Assembly (NCBI RefSeq): GCF_000189295.2
Contig: NC_016803.1
Coordinates: 3,720,001 to 3,752,000, forward strand
DNA: 32,000 nt
Source: Pseudodesulfovibrio mercurii
GTDB lineage: Bacteria; Desulfobacterota; Desulfovibrionia; Desulfovibrionales; Desulfovibrionaceae
Direction of reading: 5' to 3'
Shown here: one piece after another, positions 10,347 to 18,457 of the stretch
How the letters are laid out: each line of letters starts with the position of its first letter
How positions within the stretch are numbered: the first letter of the stretch is position 1
Position numbers and translations under genes: made by a program
Notes under the pieces: generated by a model
The model's database searches: none
What the model saw: the letters and a program-made list of their open reading frames with translations, nothing else
What the model was told of the DNA's origin: nothing

Positions 10347-11552
10347 GTGCCGCTGTACGACCAGACCGACATGGAGAACTACGCCGAGGTCCTGACCTGG
10401 GCCCTGAACCAGTCCAGGAAGCGTCCCCTGCGCAACAGCGAGATGGTCCTCATCCGCTACGACATCCCCGGCCTGGCCCTGGCCGAGGCGGTTTACTCCC
10501 GGCTCATGGACATGCACCTCATGCCCGTGGCCCTGGCCCAGCCCACGCCCTACATGGAGATGGAGCGCTACCTCAACTCCAGCTACGGCCAGCTCCTCTT
10601 CCAGCAGCCCGGTCTGGCCGAGCTCTACTCCCGGACCTCCGGGGTGATCACCATCATCGCCCCGGAGAGCCTGACCTATCTCCAGACCGTGAACCCGAAG
10701 ACCATCGCCGAGGCCCGGCGGGCCGACGCGCCCAACCGGCGCATCCTCCAGCGGCGCAGGCAGTCCGGGAGCATGGGCTGGACCACCTGCCTCTATCCCA
10801 CCGAGGCCCTGGCCGAGGGGGCGGGCATGACGCTGGACGAGTACGCCCACGCCCTGAAGCGCGCCTGCTGGCTGAACATGCCCGATCCCACGGCCGAGTG
10901 GCGGCGGCTGAAGAAGGAGGTCGGCGAGGTCTGCGCCTGGCTGGACGGCATGGTCATCCGCTCCCTCAGGGTGGAGTCCGAGGACATCGACCTGACCGTG
11001 GGCATCGGCGACAACCGCCGCTTCGTGGGCGTGAACGGGGCCAACATTCCCGGCTACGAAGTCTACGTGGCCCCGGACGCGCGCAAGGTGGACGGGACCT
11101 ACTACGCCAACCAGCCGACCCTGCGCTACGGGCATCTGGTGGCGGACATGGCCCTGGACTTCTCCGGGGGCATCGCCTCGCGGGCCGAGGCCGGGACCGG
11201 CCAGGTGTTCGTCCAGCAGCAGCTCTACTCGGACGCGGGCGCGCGCCGGGTGGGGGAGTTCTCCCTGACCGACCGGCGTTTCTCCAGGGTGGACCGGTTC
11301 ATGGCCCACACCCTGCTGGACGAGAACTACGGCGGGGAGCTCGGCAACTGCCACCTGGCCCTGGGCGGCTCGGTGCTCGAGAGCTTTTCCGGCCCGCCCG
11401 AACTGCTCACCCCGGAGCTGGAATACGAGCTCGGCTTCAACTCGTCCGACATGCACTGGGACCTGGTCAACACCCAGCCCAAGCGGGTCACGGCCCGGCT
11501 TGGGGACGGCAGCCCGAGGCTGATCTACGAGAACGGCCAATTCCGCCTCTGA
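10347..11552 (+). CDS. M29-family aminopeptidase (AmpS/PepS-like)
   Basis: The length and blocks (GANIPGYEVYVAPD, EFSLTD, LLDENYGGELGNCHLALG) are typical of thermophilic-metalloprotease M29. GAGGAG lies 6 nt upstream of the GTG at 10347. The upstream extension to 10212 is rejected. Confidence 0.8.
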   Translation: MPLYDQTDMENYAEVLTWALNQSRKRPLRNSEMVLIRYDIPGLALAEAVYSRLMDMHLMPVALAQPTPYMEMERYLNSSYGQLLFQQPGLAELYSRTSGVITIIAPESLTYLQTVNPKTIAEARRADAPNRRILQRRRQSGSMGWTTCLYPTEALAEGAGMTLDEYAHALKRACWLNMPDPTAEWRRLKKEVGEVCAWLDGMVIRSLRVESEDIDLTVGIGDNRRFVGVNGANIPGYEVYVAPDARKVDGTYYANQPTLRYGHLVADMALDFSGGIASRAEAGTGQVFVQQQLYSDAGARRVGEFSLTDRRFSRVDRFMAHTLLDENYGGELGNCHLALGGSVLESFSGPPELLTPELEYELGFNSSDMHWDLVNTQPKRVTARLGDGSPRLIYENGQFRL

Positions 11553-11606
11553 CGGTGGGAATCCCGCTTCGGAAAACGGGGCGGCATCCTCTGAAATTCC
11601 AAGAAT

Positions 11607-11629
11607 TTTTCTTGTCTTCGCGGTTTGAC
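11607..11629 (+). promoter_or_regulatory. Copy A of a shared upstream motif, TTTTCTTGTCTTCGCGGTTTGAC
   Basis: It lies 50 nt upstream of the ATG at 11657. Compared with the copy at 13198..13222 it has a 13-nt exact match, then CGGTT and TGAC. A possible promoter is TTGTCT(11612-11617)-N18-TATAGA(11636-11641). Confidence 0.4.
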
Positions 11630-11645
11630 CTGTTGTATAGAACAG
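11630..11645. promoter_or_regulatory. Palindrome CTGTT-N6-AACAG (equivalent to CTGT-N8-ACAG), a candidate operator
   Basis: The arms are perfect 5-bp inverted repeats, and the palindrome overlaps the candidate -10 TATAGA. Confidence 0.3.
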
Positions 11646-11656
11646 CGGGTATCGCC

Positions 11657-13135
11657 ATGAAGAAGAACGAGAAGCACAAAAGTCTCTATCTGGTCCGGAC
11701 CGAGCAGGCGGAATTGCAGGAACTGGAGGCCCGGCGCCGTTCCGAGACCAAGAATCTCTACGTGGTCAAGACCGATGAGGAAGTGGCGAACAAGTATCGC
11801 GACGTCATCGTCGATTTTGCCGACGACAACGGCGTGTTCCTGGTCGTCTCCCACGACAAGACCTTCATCCAGACCTTCCGTTCCGCCGTGTGCCAGGCGG
11901 TGGGCGTGCCCGCCGGGTCGCTGCACGCGGTCCAGGACCTGACCGCGGCCTCGATCCTGCTCAAGGGCCTGAGCGCGGACGGCGCCTCCCCCTTCCTCTT
12001 TCTCGAGTACTCCCTGGACTCGGAGCTGACCATCTCCTACCTGCGCCACGTCAAGCCCATGTACCCGGACATGCGGGTGGCCGTGATCTCGCGGGAGATC
12101 AACCGCGAGCGGCTCTTCCAGTTCTACGAGGACGGGGCGGACTCCTTCCTGAAGAAGCCCGCGAGCATCAACTCCGTGATCAAGAAGATCGCCTTCATGC
12201 TCAAGCCCCGGTGCGAGGCGGACGCCCTGGTCTGCGAGGGGCGCGAACACGTCCGTGCCAACCGGTTCGAAGAGGCCCAGGACGTGGCCGAGCACATCCT
12301 GGAGCGCTGGCCCCGGCACGCGGCGGCCATGGTCCTGCTGGGCGACGCCAAGAAGGGGCTGGCCCGGCGGGAGGAGGCCATGCTCGCCTACCGCCTGGCC
12401 GAGGACGTCTCCAGCGACTACCTGGAGCCGTTGCAGAAGATCGCGGCCATGCACTGCGAGGACGACAACCGGGACGAGGCCCTCAAGTACCTGTGCAAGC
12501 TCGACCACATGTCGCCCCTGAACTGCTCGCGCAAGATCCGCATCGCCGAGATGCATTTCGAGCGGGGCGATTCCAAGGGAGCGGAGGAGTATTTCGACAA
12601 GGCCATCGACGCGGCCAAGGAGGAGGCCCTGGGCGCGGTGGGCGAGATGTCGCTGGACATCGCAGAGATGGCCTCCCGCTTCGACCCCGGCATGGCCGCC
12701 AAGTACTACCGCCGGAGCCTGGAGCTGGTGAAGAACTCCAAGAGCGCCCTGACCATGTCCGTGTACAACCGGCTGGGCATCTCCCTGCGCAAGCAGGGGC
12801 TGTGGAACGAGGCCATCGAGGCCTACGGCGAGGCCGCCCGGTACGCCCCCGAGGACGAGAACATCCAGTACAACATCTCCCTGGCCTACGGCGAGGGGCA
12901 ACAGTACCGCCAGGCCGCGGAGCACATGCGCAACGCCCTGGTCATCAACCCGGACATGTACCGGGACAATCCCGCCCTGGCCTACACCGTTGGCTCCACC
13001 CTGGCGCGCGGGGACATGCCCCGTGAAGCGATCGAGATCCTTACCTATCTTCTTGAAATCGCCCCCGGCTACCAGGACGCGGAAAAGCTCCTGCGCGAGG
13101 TCACCGCGGGCCGGGGCCGCCCCGTCCGCCTGTAG
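11657..13135 (+). CDS. Atypical (pseudo-)receiver domain protein with C-terminal TPR repeats
   Basis: This is the real part of the 937-aa ORF 10322..13135. Residues around 59-185 show a CheY-like beta/alpha pattern (VFLVVSHD, PFLFLEYSL, VAVISRE, SFLKKP). Residues around 195-480 are TPR-like (..AEHMRNALVINPD.., ..AIEAYGEAARYAPED..). Confidence 0.75.
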   Translation: MKKNEKHKSLYLVRTEQAELQELEARRRSETKNLYVVKTDEEVANKYRDVIVDFADDNGVFLVVSHDKTFIQTFRSAVCQAVGVPAGSLHAVQDLTAASILLKGLSADGASPFLFLEYSLDSELTISYLRHVKPMYPDMRVAVISREINRERLFQFYEDGADSFLKKPASINSVIKKIAFMLKPRCEADALVCEGREHVRANRFEEAQDVAEHILERWPRHAAAMVLLGDAKKGLARREEAMLAYRLAEDVSSDYLEPLQKIAAMHCEDDNRDEALKYLCKLDHMSPLNCSRKIRIAEMHFERGDSKGAEEYFDKAIDAAKEEALGAVGEMSLDIAEMASRFDPGMAAKYYRRSLELVKNSKSALTMSVYNRLGISLRKQGLWNEAIEAYGEAARYAPEDENIQYNISLAYGEGQQYRQAAEHMRNALVINPDMYRDNPALAYTVGSTLARGDMPREAIEILTYLLEIAPGYQDAEKLLREVTAGRGRPVRL

Positions 13136-13197
13136 CTTTCCCCCCTGTCCCGAGCCGGTCCCGCCCCGGTCGCGCAAACAGGGCGTCCGGTGTGCGG

Positions 13198-13222
13198 TTT
13201 TCTTGTCTTCCCGGTTATTGAC
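13198..13222 (+). promoter_or_regulatory. Copy B of the shared upstream motif, TTTTCTTGTCTTCCCGGTTATTGAC
   Basis: It lies 113 nt upstream of the grpE ATG. See copy A at 11607..11629. Confidence 0.4.
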
Positions 13223-13245
13223 AACCTTATCCCCATGCTTATTTT
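13218..13245 (+). promoter_or_regulatory. Candidate sigma70-type promoter of grpE: TTGACA-N16-TATTTT
   Basis: A perfect -35 hexamer lies at 13218-13223, with TATTTT at 13240-13245. This is prediction by eye only. Confidence 0.35.
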
Positions 13246-13310
13246 CCCCTCAAGTCTCGCTTCCCGCGAGCCTTTTCATTACCAAATACGTTTCTCAAGG
13301 AACTGATTTC

Positions 13311-13940
13311 ATGGCGAAAAACAATAACGAAGTGCCCATCAACGGTCTGTACGACGACGAGGGGCGGATATTTGAAGAACCGGCCGTCGACGGCCCGGCC
13401 CCCCGTGGGGCTGTGGACAACGCGCCCCAAGGGGAACAGGCCGAGGTGTCCCTGAGCAAGGAGGAGCTGACCGCCCTGTGCAAGGAGTCGGTCTGTCCCG
13501 GCTGCGACGTGTTCAAGGAGGCGGAAGGTATCCGTCTGCGCGCCCTGGCCGACTCGGAGAACGTCAAGAAGCGGCTGCTCCGCGAGACCGAGGAAATGAA
13601 GAAGTACGCGGGCGAGTCCATCCTGGCCGACCTGCTGCCCATCCTCGACAACCTGGACCTGGCCCTGGCCCACACCGACAATCTGTCGCCCGAGTGCAAG
13701 AACTTCGTGGTCGGCGTGGACATGACCCGCAAGATCTTCCTGGACACGATCAGGAACCATGGCCTGGAGGCGGTGCAGGCGACCAGGGGGGTCGAGTTCG
13801 ACCCCGAGATCCACGAGGCCGTGGGCACCGTGCAGGACCCCGCCCTGGAGGACAACCGCGTCGCCCAGGTGGTCCAGAACGGCTACCGCCTGAAGGGGCG
13901 GCTGCTGCGCCCGGCCAAGGTCATGGTCAACAAGCCGTAG
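13311..13940 (+). CDS. grpE: Nucleotide exchange factor GrpE
   Basis: RLRALADSENVKKR, LLPILDNLDLAL and the C-terminal GYRLKGRLLRPAKV are GrpE signatures. AAGGAA lies 8 nt upstream of the ATG at 13311. The upstream extension to 12990 is rejected. Confidence 0.93.
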   Translation: MAKNNNEVPINGLYDDEGRIFEEPAVDGPAPRGAVDNAPQGEQAEVSLSKEELTALCKESVCPGCDVFKEAEGIRLRALADSENVKKRLLRETEEMKKYAGESILADLLPILDNLDLALAHTDNLSPECKNFVVGVDMTRKIFLDTIRNHGLEAVQATRGVEFDPEIHEAVGTVQDPALEDNRVAQVVQNGYRLKGRLLRPAKVMVNKP

Positions 13941-14044
13941 GTTTTTTCCCGCCGCGGCCTTTACAAGGGCCAACGCGTGATTATTGAAGAAAGTAACGAA
14001 AATTTACGTCGAATACGACTTTCATATCTTAGGAGGACATACAT

Positions 14045-15961
14045 ATGGGTAAGATCATAGGGATCGACCTTGGAACCACCAACTCCTGCGTCTACGTGAT
14101 GGAGGGTAAGGATCCGAAATGCGTCACCAACCCCGAAGGCGGCCGGACCACCCCGTCCGTGGTGGCCTTCACCGACAAGGAGCGGCTGGTGGGCGACATC
14201 GCCAAGCGTCAGTCCGTCACCAACCCCGAGAAGACCGTCTTCGCCATCAAGCGCCTCATGGGACGTTCCGCGAATGCCCCCGAGGTGAACAAGTGGAAGG
14301 AACACTGTCCGTACAAGATCGTGGCCGGCAACGGCAATGACGCCTGGGTCGAGATCGGCGGCAAGAAATATTCTCCGCCCGAAGTCTCCGCCATGATTCT
14401 GCAGAAGCTGAAGAAGGACGCCGAGACCTACCTGGGCGAGCCCGTCACCGAGGCCGTCATCACTGTCCCGGCCTACTTCAACGATTCGCAGCGCCAGGCC
14501 ACCAAGGACGCGGGCAAGATCGCCGGTCTCGAGGTCAAGCGCATCATCAACGAGCCCACCGCCGCGTCGCTGGCCTACGGCTTCGACAAGAAGGCCAACG
14601 AGAAGATCGCGGTCTTCGACCTCGGCGGCGGCACGTTCGATATCTCCATCCTGGAAGTGGGCGACAACGTCGTCGAAGTGCGCGCCACCAACGGCGACAC
14701 CTTCCTGGGCGGCGAGGACTTCGACCACAGGATCATCGAGTACCTGGTGGACGAGTTCAAGAAGGAGAACGGCATCGACCTGTCCAAGGACCGCATGGCC
14801 CTGCAGCGGCTGAAGGAAGCCGCCGAAAAGGCCAAGCACGAGCTGTCCTCCTCCATGGAGACCGAGGTCAACCTGCCGTTCATCACGGCCGACCAGAACG
14901 GTCCCAAGCACATGATGGTCAAGATCAGCCGCGGCAAGCTCGAAAAGCTCGTCGAGGACCTGGTGGACCGCACCGTGGAGCCGTGCCGCAAGGCCCTGAA
15001 GGACGCCGGTCTGTCCGCGTCCGACATCGACGAGGTCATCCTGGTCGGCGGCATGACCCGTATGCCCCTGGTCCAGGCCAAGGTGAAGTCCTTCTTCGGC
15101 AAGGAGCCCAACCGCTCCGTGAACCCGGACGAGGTCGTGGCCATGGGCGCGGCCATCCAGGGCGGCATCCTGGCCGGCGACGTCAAGGACGTCCTGCTGC
15201 TCGACGTGACCCCGCTGTCGCTGGGCATCGAGACCATGGGCGGTGTGATGACGCACCTGATCGAGCGCAACACGACCATCCCGACCAAGAAGTCCCAGGT
15301 CTTCACGACCGCGGCCGACAACCAGCCGTCCGTGTCCATCCGGGTCTTCCAGGGCGAGCGTCCCATGTGCGCGGACAACAAGCTGCTCGGCAACTTCGAG
15401 CTGACCGGCATTCCGCCGGCGCCGCGCGGCGTGCCGCAGATCGAGGTCGGCTTCGACATCGACGCCAACGGCATCGTGCACGTCAACGCCAAGGACCTGG
15501 GCACCGGCCGCGAACAGTCCATCCAGATCACGGCCAGCTCGGGCCTGTCCGAGGACGAGATCAACCAGATGGTCAAGGACGCCGAGGCCCACGCCGACGA
15601 GGACAAGAAGAAGCAGCACCTCATCGAGGCCCGCAACCAGGCCGATACCCTGGTCTACACCTCGGAGAAATCCCTGCGCGACCTGGGCGACAAGGTCGAT
15701 GCGACCCTGAAGGCGGACATCGAGAGCAAGATCGAGGCCGTCAAGAAGGCGCTCGAGGCCGACGACGCCGACCAGATCAAGGCCCGTGCCGACGAACTGG
15801 CCCAGGCCTCGCACAAGCTGGCCGAACAGCTCTACGCCCAGCAGAACGCCCAGGGTGCCAACCCCGGCGGGGCGGCGGGCGCGGCCGGAGCCGACGCCGG
15901 TTCCTCCTCTGCCAAGGATGACGACGACGTGGTGGACGCCGACTACACCGAAGTCAAGTAG
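14045..15961 (+). CDS. dnaK: Hsp70 chaperone DnaK
   Basis: The 638-aa protein shows [18 protein letters not shown] and [11 protein letters not shown], with an acidic C-terminus. AGGAGG lies upstream. Confidence 0.98.
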   Translation: MGKIIGIDLGTTNSCVYVMEGKDPKCVTNPEGGRTTPSVVAFTDKERLVGDIAKRQSVTNPEKTVFAIKRLMGRSANAPEVNKWKEHCPYKIVAGNGNDAWVEIGGKKYSPPEVSAMILQKLKKDAETYLGEPVTEAVITVPAYFNDSQRQATKDAGKIAGLEVKRIINEPTAASLAYGFDKKANEKIAVFDLGGGTFDISILEVGDNVVEVRATNGDTFLGGEDFDHRIIEYLVDEFKKENGIDLSKDRMALQRLKEAAEKAKHELSSSMETEVNLPFITADQNGPKHMMVKISRGKLEKLVEDLVDRTVEPCRKALKDAGLSASDIDEVILVGGMTRMPLVQAKVKSFFGKEPNRSVNPDEVVAMGAAIQGGILAGDVKDVLLLDVTPLSLGIETMGGVMTHLIERNTTIPTKKSQVFTTAADNQPSVSIRVFQGERPMCADNKLLGNFELTGIPPAPRGVPQIEVGFDIDANGIVHVNAKDLGTGREQSIQITASSGLSEDEINQMVKDAEAHADEDKKKQHLIEARNQADTLVYTSEKSLRDLGDKVDATLKADIESKIEAVKKALEADDADQIKARADELAQASHKLAEQLYAQQNAQGANPGGAAGAAGADAGSSSAKDDDDVVDADYTEVK

Positions 15962-16000
15962 TTCGGCTTGCCTTCACAGGCCAAGCGAAGTATAGCATTA

Positions 16001-16033
16001 CCCGGTCCGCAGCATTGCGGGCCGGGTTTTTTT
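16001..16033 (+). terminator. Rho-independent terminator after dnaK
   Basis: CCCGGTCCGCA-GCAT-TGCGGGCCGGG forms an 11-bp stem with one G.U pair, followed by TTTTTTT. Confidence 0.9.
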
Positions 16034-16069
16034 ATCTGGTTGCGGCCACCGGCCGTCGCCGAACCGACA

Positions 16070-18124
16070 ATGCACCAAGCCGTCCTCATGAAAAACTCCG
16101 CCCATACCGTCACGATAGCGGCCGCCCTGGTCCTGCTCGTCCTGATGTTCTGGGGCTGCGCGCCCCGGACCCAGCCCGTCAAGAGCGTGGACATGCTGTC
16201 CACGCCCAACCTCCTGGTGGAGGCCGACGCAGCCTGGCAGGCCAAGCACTGGGAAGCCACAGAACTCTACTACGCCGCCGCCCTGGAACGGCCCGACCTG
16301 GTCAGGAGCGAACTGCCCGTGGTCTACGTCCGGCTGGCCGAGGCCGCCTCGCAGAACGGCCACTACCACCAGGCGCGCATCGCTCTGGAGCAGTGGGCCA
16401 ACCAGGACACCGCCGCCCTGGAGCGGGCGGACTGGGAGCGCCTCTACCTAGGGGCCATGGCCGCCCTGGGCAAGACCGAGCGTTTGCAGAACCACCTGCA
16501 GTGGGTCCGGGACGCGGTCAACGTGCCCTGGGTGACCAAGCAGGAGGTGGCCCTGTGGTACGCGGACTACTTCCGTGCCCACGAGGACTACGCGCAGGCC
16601 CTGGACGTGCTCGACACGTTCTACGCCCAGGCCCCGGACATCCAGGCCCGGTCCCTGTTCGAGCATGAATTTTCCCTGAAACTGGCCGCCATGGACGACA
16701 CCCAGGTGGACGACCTGGCCGGGGCGGTCACTCCGGCCAACCAGTGGCGGTTCCCCTATGCCCTGACCGCCTTCGAGCGCGGCGTGCGCATCGCTTCGGA
16801 CAAGGAGGCGTGGTCCGCCGACTGGCGGACCCTGCGCGACCTGGCCGCGTCGAGCGAGCTGGCCGATCCCATCCCCCTGCGGAACAAGCTGGCCGAGCTG
16901 GAGGCGCGCTACGGCGTGCCGCGCATCGGCCTGGCCCTGGCCCTGCCCGTGACCGGGCCCTACGCCAAGGTGGGCGTGAAGATCCTGCGCGGCGCCGGGC
17001 TGGCCCAGTGGCGGCTGGCCCAGGAGGGCGTGGACGTGGAGATCAAGGTCGTCAACACCGAGGCCCCGGGCTGGGAGGCTCGGCTGGCCGAGCTGCCGAG
17101 CCACTTCACCGTGGTCGGCGGGCCCCTGCGCATCGACGCCTTCAAGCGGTTCTACGAGGCCGATTCCCCGGCGGCCGGGGTGCTCGAAAAGCGCGCCGTG
17201 TTCGCCTTCCTGTCCTCCCTCGGCGACCTGACCGAGGGCAAGGACGCCTGGCGCTTCTTCACCAGCCGGAACGACGAGGTGCGCAGCCTGGTCCACCTGA
17301 CCGTGGACAAGCTCGGTATCACCGACCTGGCCGTGTTCTACCCCGAGGAGAAATTCGGCCGGACCATGGCCCAGACCTTCTACCGTGAGGCCGCGCCGCT
17401 GGGCGGGCGGATCAAGGGCATGCAGTCCTATCCGCCGCACGATCTCAAGCAGTGGACCCGGCGCGTGGGCAAGCTCCTGAACGTGCCCGCCGACTTCAGC
17501 GACAACAAGGACGTGCCCCTGCCCATGCCGGACTTCGGGGCCGTGTTCATCCCGGACGGCTGGCGCCAGGCCCAGACCCTGCTGCCCAACTTCTTCTTCT
17601 ACGAGGGGGACCAGCTGGTCTTCCTCGGCCCCGGCCTGTGGAGCCGGGCCCTGGACGACGCCCGCGACGTGGACGAGCACTACTACCGGCTGGCGGTCTG
17701 CCCCGGCGCATGGTGGGACGGCTCCGACGGCGGGCGGGCCCTGCAATCGGCCCTGACCGAGGAAGGGCTGGGCCAGGCCGACTTCTGGGTGGCGCTGGGC
17801 TACGACTTCCTGCGCTTCGCCGGAAGGCTCGGCACCCTGCCCGCGTCCTGGGACAGCGCCCAGGTCAACGAGCGCATCCTCAAGGCCGAGGACATGGACT
17901 TCAGCATGGCCCCCATGACCTGGGACGAGAACGGCACGGCCAGCCAGGACCTGTACCTGTTCACCCCGGCGGCCAACGGCAAGCGCATCGTGGACCCCGC
18001 GAAGTTCGCCGAGAGCATCGCCCGCGCCCAGGCGCGGCGCGAGAAACGCATGGAAAATTACGAGAAGCGGTTGGAGGAGGCGGCCAAGCCCGCCCGCAAC
18101 CCCGACCTGCCGCCGACCCCCTAG
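16070..18124 (+). CDS. LpoA/LppC-like lipoprotein (TPR-like N-domain plus type-1 periplasmic-binding-protein-like C-domain)
   Basis: The signal peptide has a lipobox (LVLMFWGC). The helical-repeat N-terminal half is followed by IGLALPVTGPYAKVG.., which resembles Leu/Ile/Val-binding-protein folds. At about 684 aa it matches LpoA in size. The start could be ATG 16070 or ATG 16088; neither has a clear SD. Confidence 0.55.
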   Translation: MHQAVLMKNSAHTVTIAAALVLLVLMFWGCAPRTQPVKSVDMLSTPNLLVEADAAWQAKHWEATELYYAAALERPDLVRSELPVVYVRLAEAASQNGHYHQARIALEQWANQDTAALERADWERLYLGAMAALGKTERLQNHLQWVRDAVNVPWVTKQEVALWYADYFRAHEDYAQALDVLDTFYAQAPDIQARSLFEHEFSLKLAAMDDTQVDDLAGAVTPANQWRFPYALTAFERGVRIASDKEAWSADWRTLRDLAASSELADPIPLRNKLAELEARYGVPRIGLALALPVTGPYAKVGVKILRGAGLAQWRLAQEGVDVEIKVVNTEAPGWEARLAELPSHFTVVGGPLRIDAFKRFYEADSPAAGVLEKRAVFAFLSSLGDLTEGKDAWRFFTSRNDEVRSLVHLTVDKLGITDLAVFYPEEKFGRTMAQTFYREAAPLGGRIKGMQSYPPHDLKQWTRRVGKLLNVPADFSDNKDVPLPMPDFGAVFIPDGWRQAQTLLPNFFFYEGDQLVFLGPGLWSRALDDARDVDEHYYRLAVCPGAWWDGSDGGRALQSALTEEGLGQADFWVALGYDFLRFAGRLGTLPASWDSAQVNERILKAEDMDFSMAPMTWDENGTASQDLYLFTPAANGKRIVDPAKFAESIARAQARREKRMENYEKRLEEAAKPARNPDLPPTP

Positions 18125-18145
18125 GCGGCGCATAAGGAGACAACC

Positions 18146-18430
18146 ATGAAGATCAGTCCCGAAGAAGTGGCCAAGGTCGCCCGCCTCTCCCGGCTCGACC
18201 TGCCCGAGGACAAGCTGGAATTGTTCGCCGGGCAGCTCGGCGACATCCTCGCCTACATGGACAAGCTCGGCGAGCTGGATACGGACGACGTGGAGCCTCT
18301 GTACAGCCCGGTCAAGCACACCACGGTGCTGCGCCGGGACGAGGTGCGCAAGGACTACAGACGCGAGGAGATTCTGGCCAACGCCCCCGAGCAGGACGGC
18401 CAGTTCTTCATTGTTCCGCGCATTGTGTAA
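18146..18430 (+). CDS. gatC: Asp/Glu-tRNA amidotransferase subunit C
   Basis: The 94-aa protein carries [13 protein letters not shown].....L..IL.YM..L. AAGGAG lies upstream and gatA lies directly downstream. Confidence 0.93.
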   Translation: MKISPEEVAKVARLSRLDLPEDKLELFAGQLGDILAYMDKLGELDTDDVEPLYSPVKHTTVLRRDEVRKDYRREEILANAPEQDGQFFIVPRIV

Positions 18431-18457
18431 TATTTTGACATCATTCAGGATTGATTA

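Noticed and set aside
10322-11656. The N-terminal 445 codons of the 937-aa ORF 10322..13135.
   Set aside because: This part runs out of frame through the M29 aminopeptidase gene and the intergenic region and is Pro/Arg/Gly-rich. The real gene starts at ATG 11657 (MKKNEKHK...), where the composition becomes protein-like.
13231-13239. CCCCATGCT upstream of grpE, resembling the sigma32 -10 consensus CCCCATnT.
   Set aside because: The spacing to any -35-like element is wrong: 7 nt after TTGACA, and 22 nt after CTTGTCT, against the 13-17 nt expected. I therefore cannot call a sigma32 promoter. It may still matter if the lineage's RpoH spacing differs.
13136-14044. A search for a CIRCE/HrcA operator (TTAGCACTC-N9-GAGTGCTAA) upstream of grpE and dnaK, and also upstream of cbpA and clpB.
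   Set aside because: No match or near-match to either half-site was seen in these intergenic regions, and no hrcA gene is in the window.
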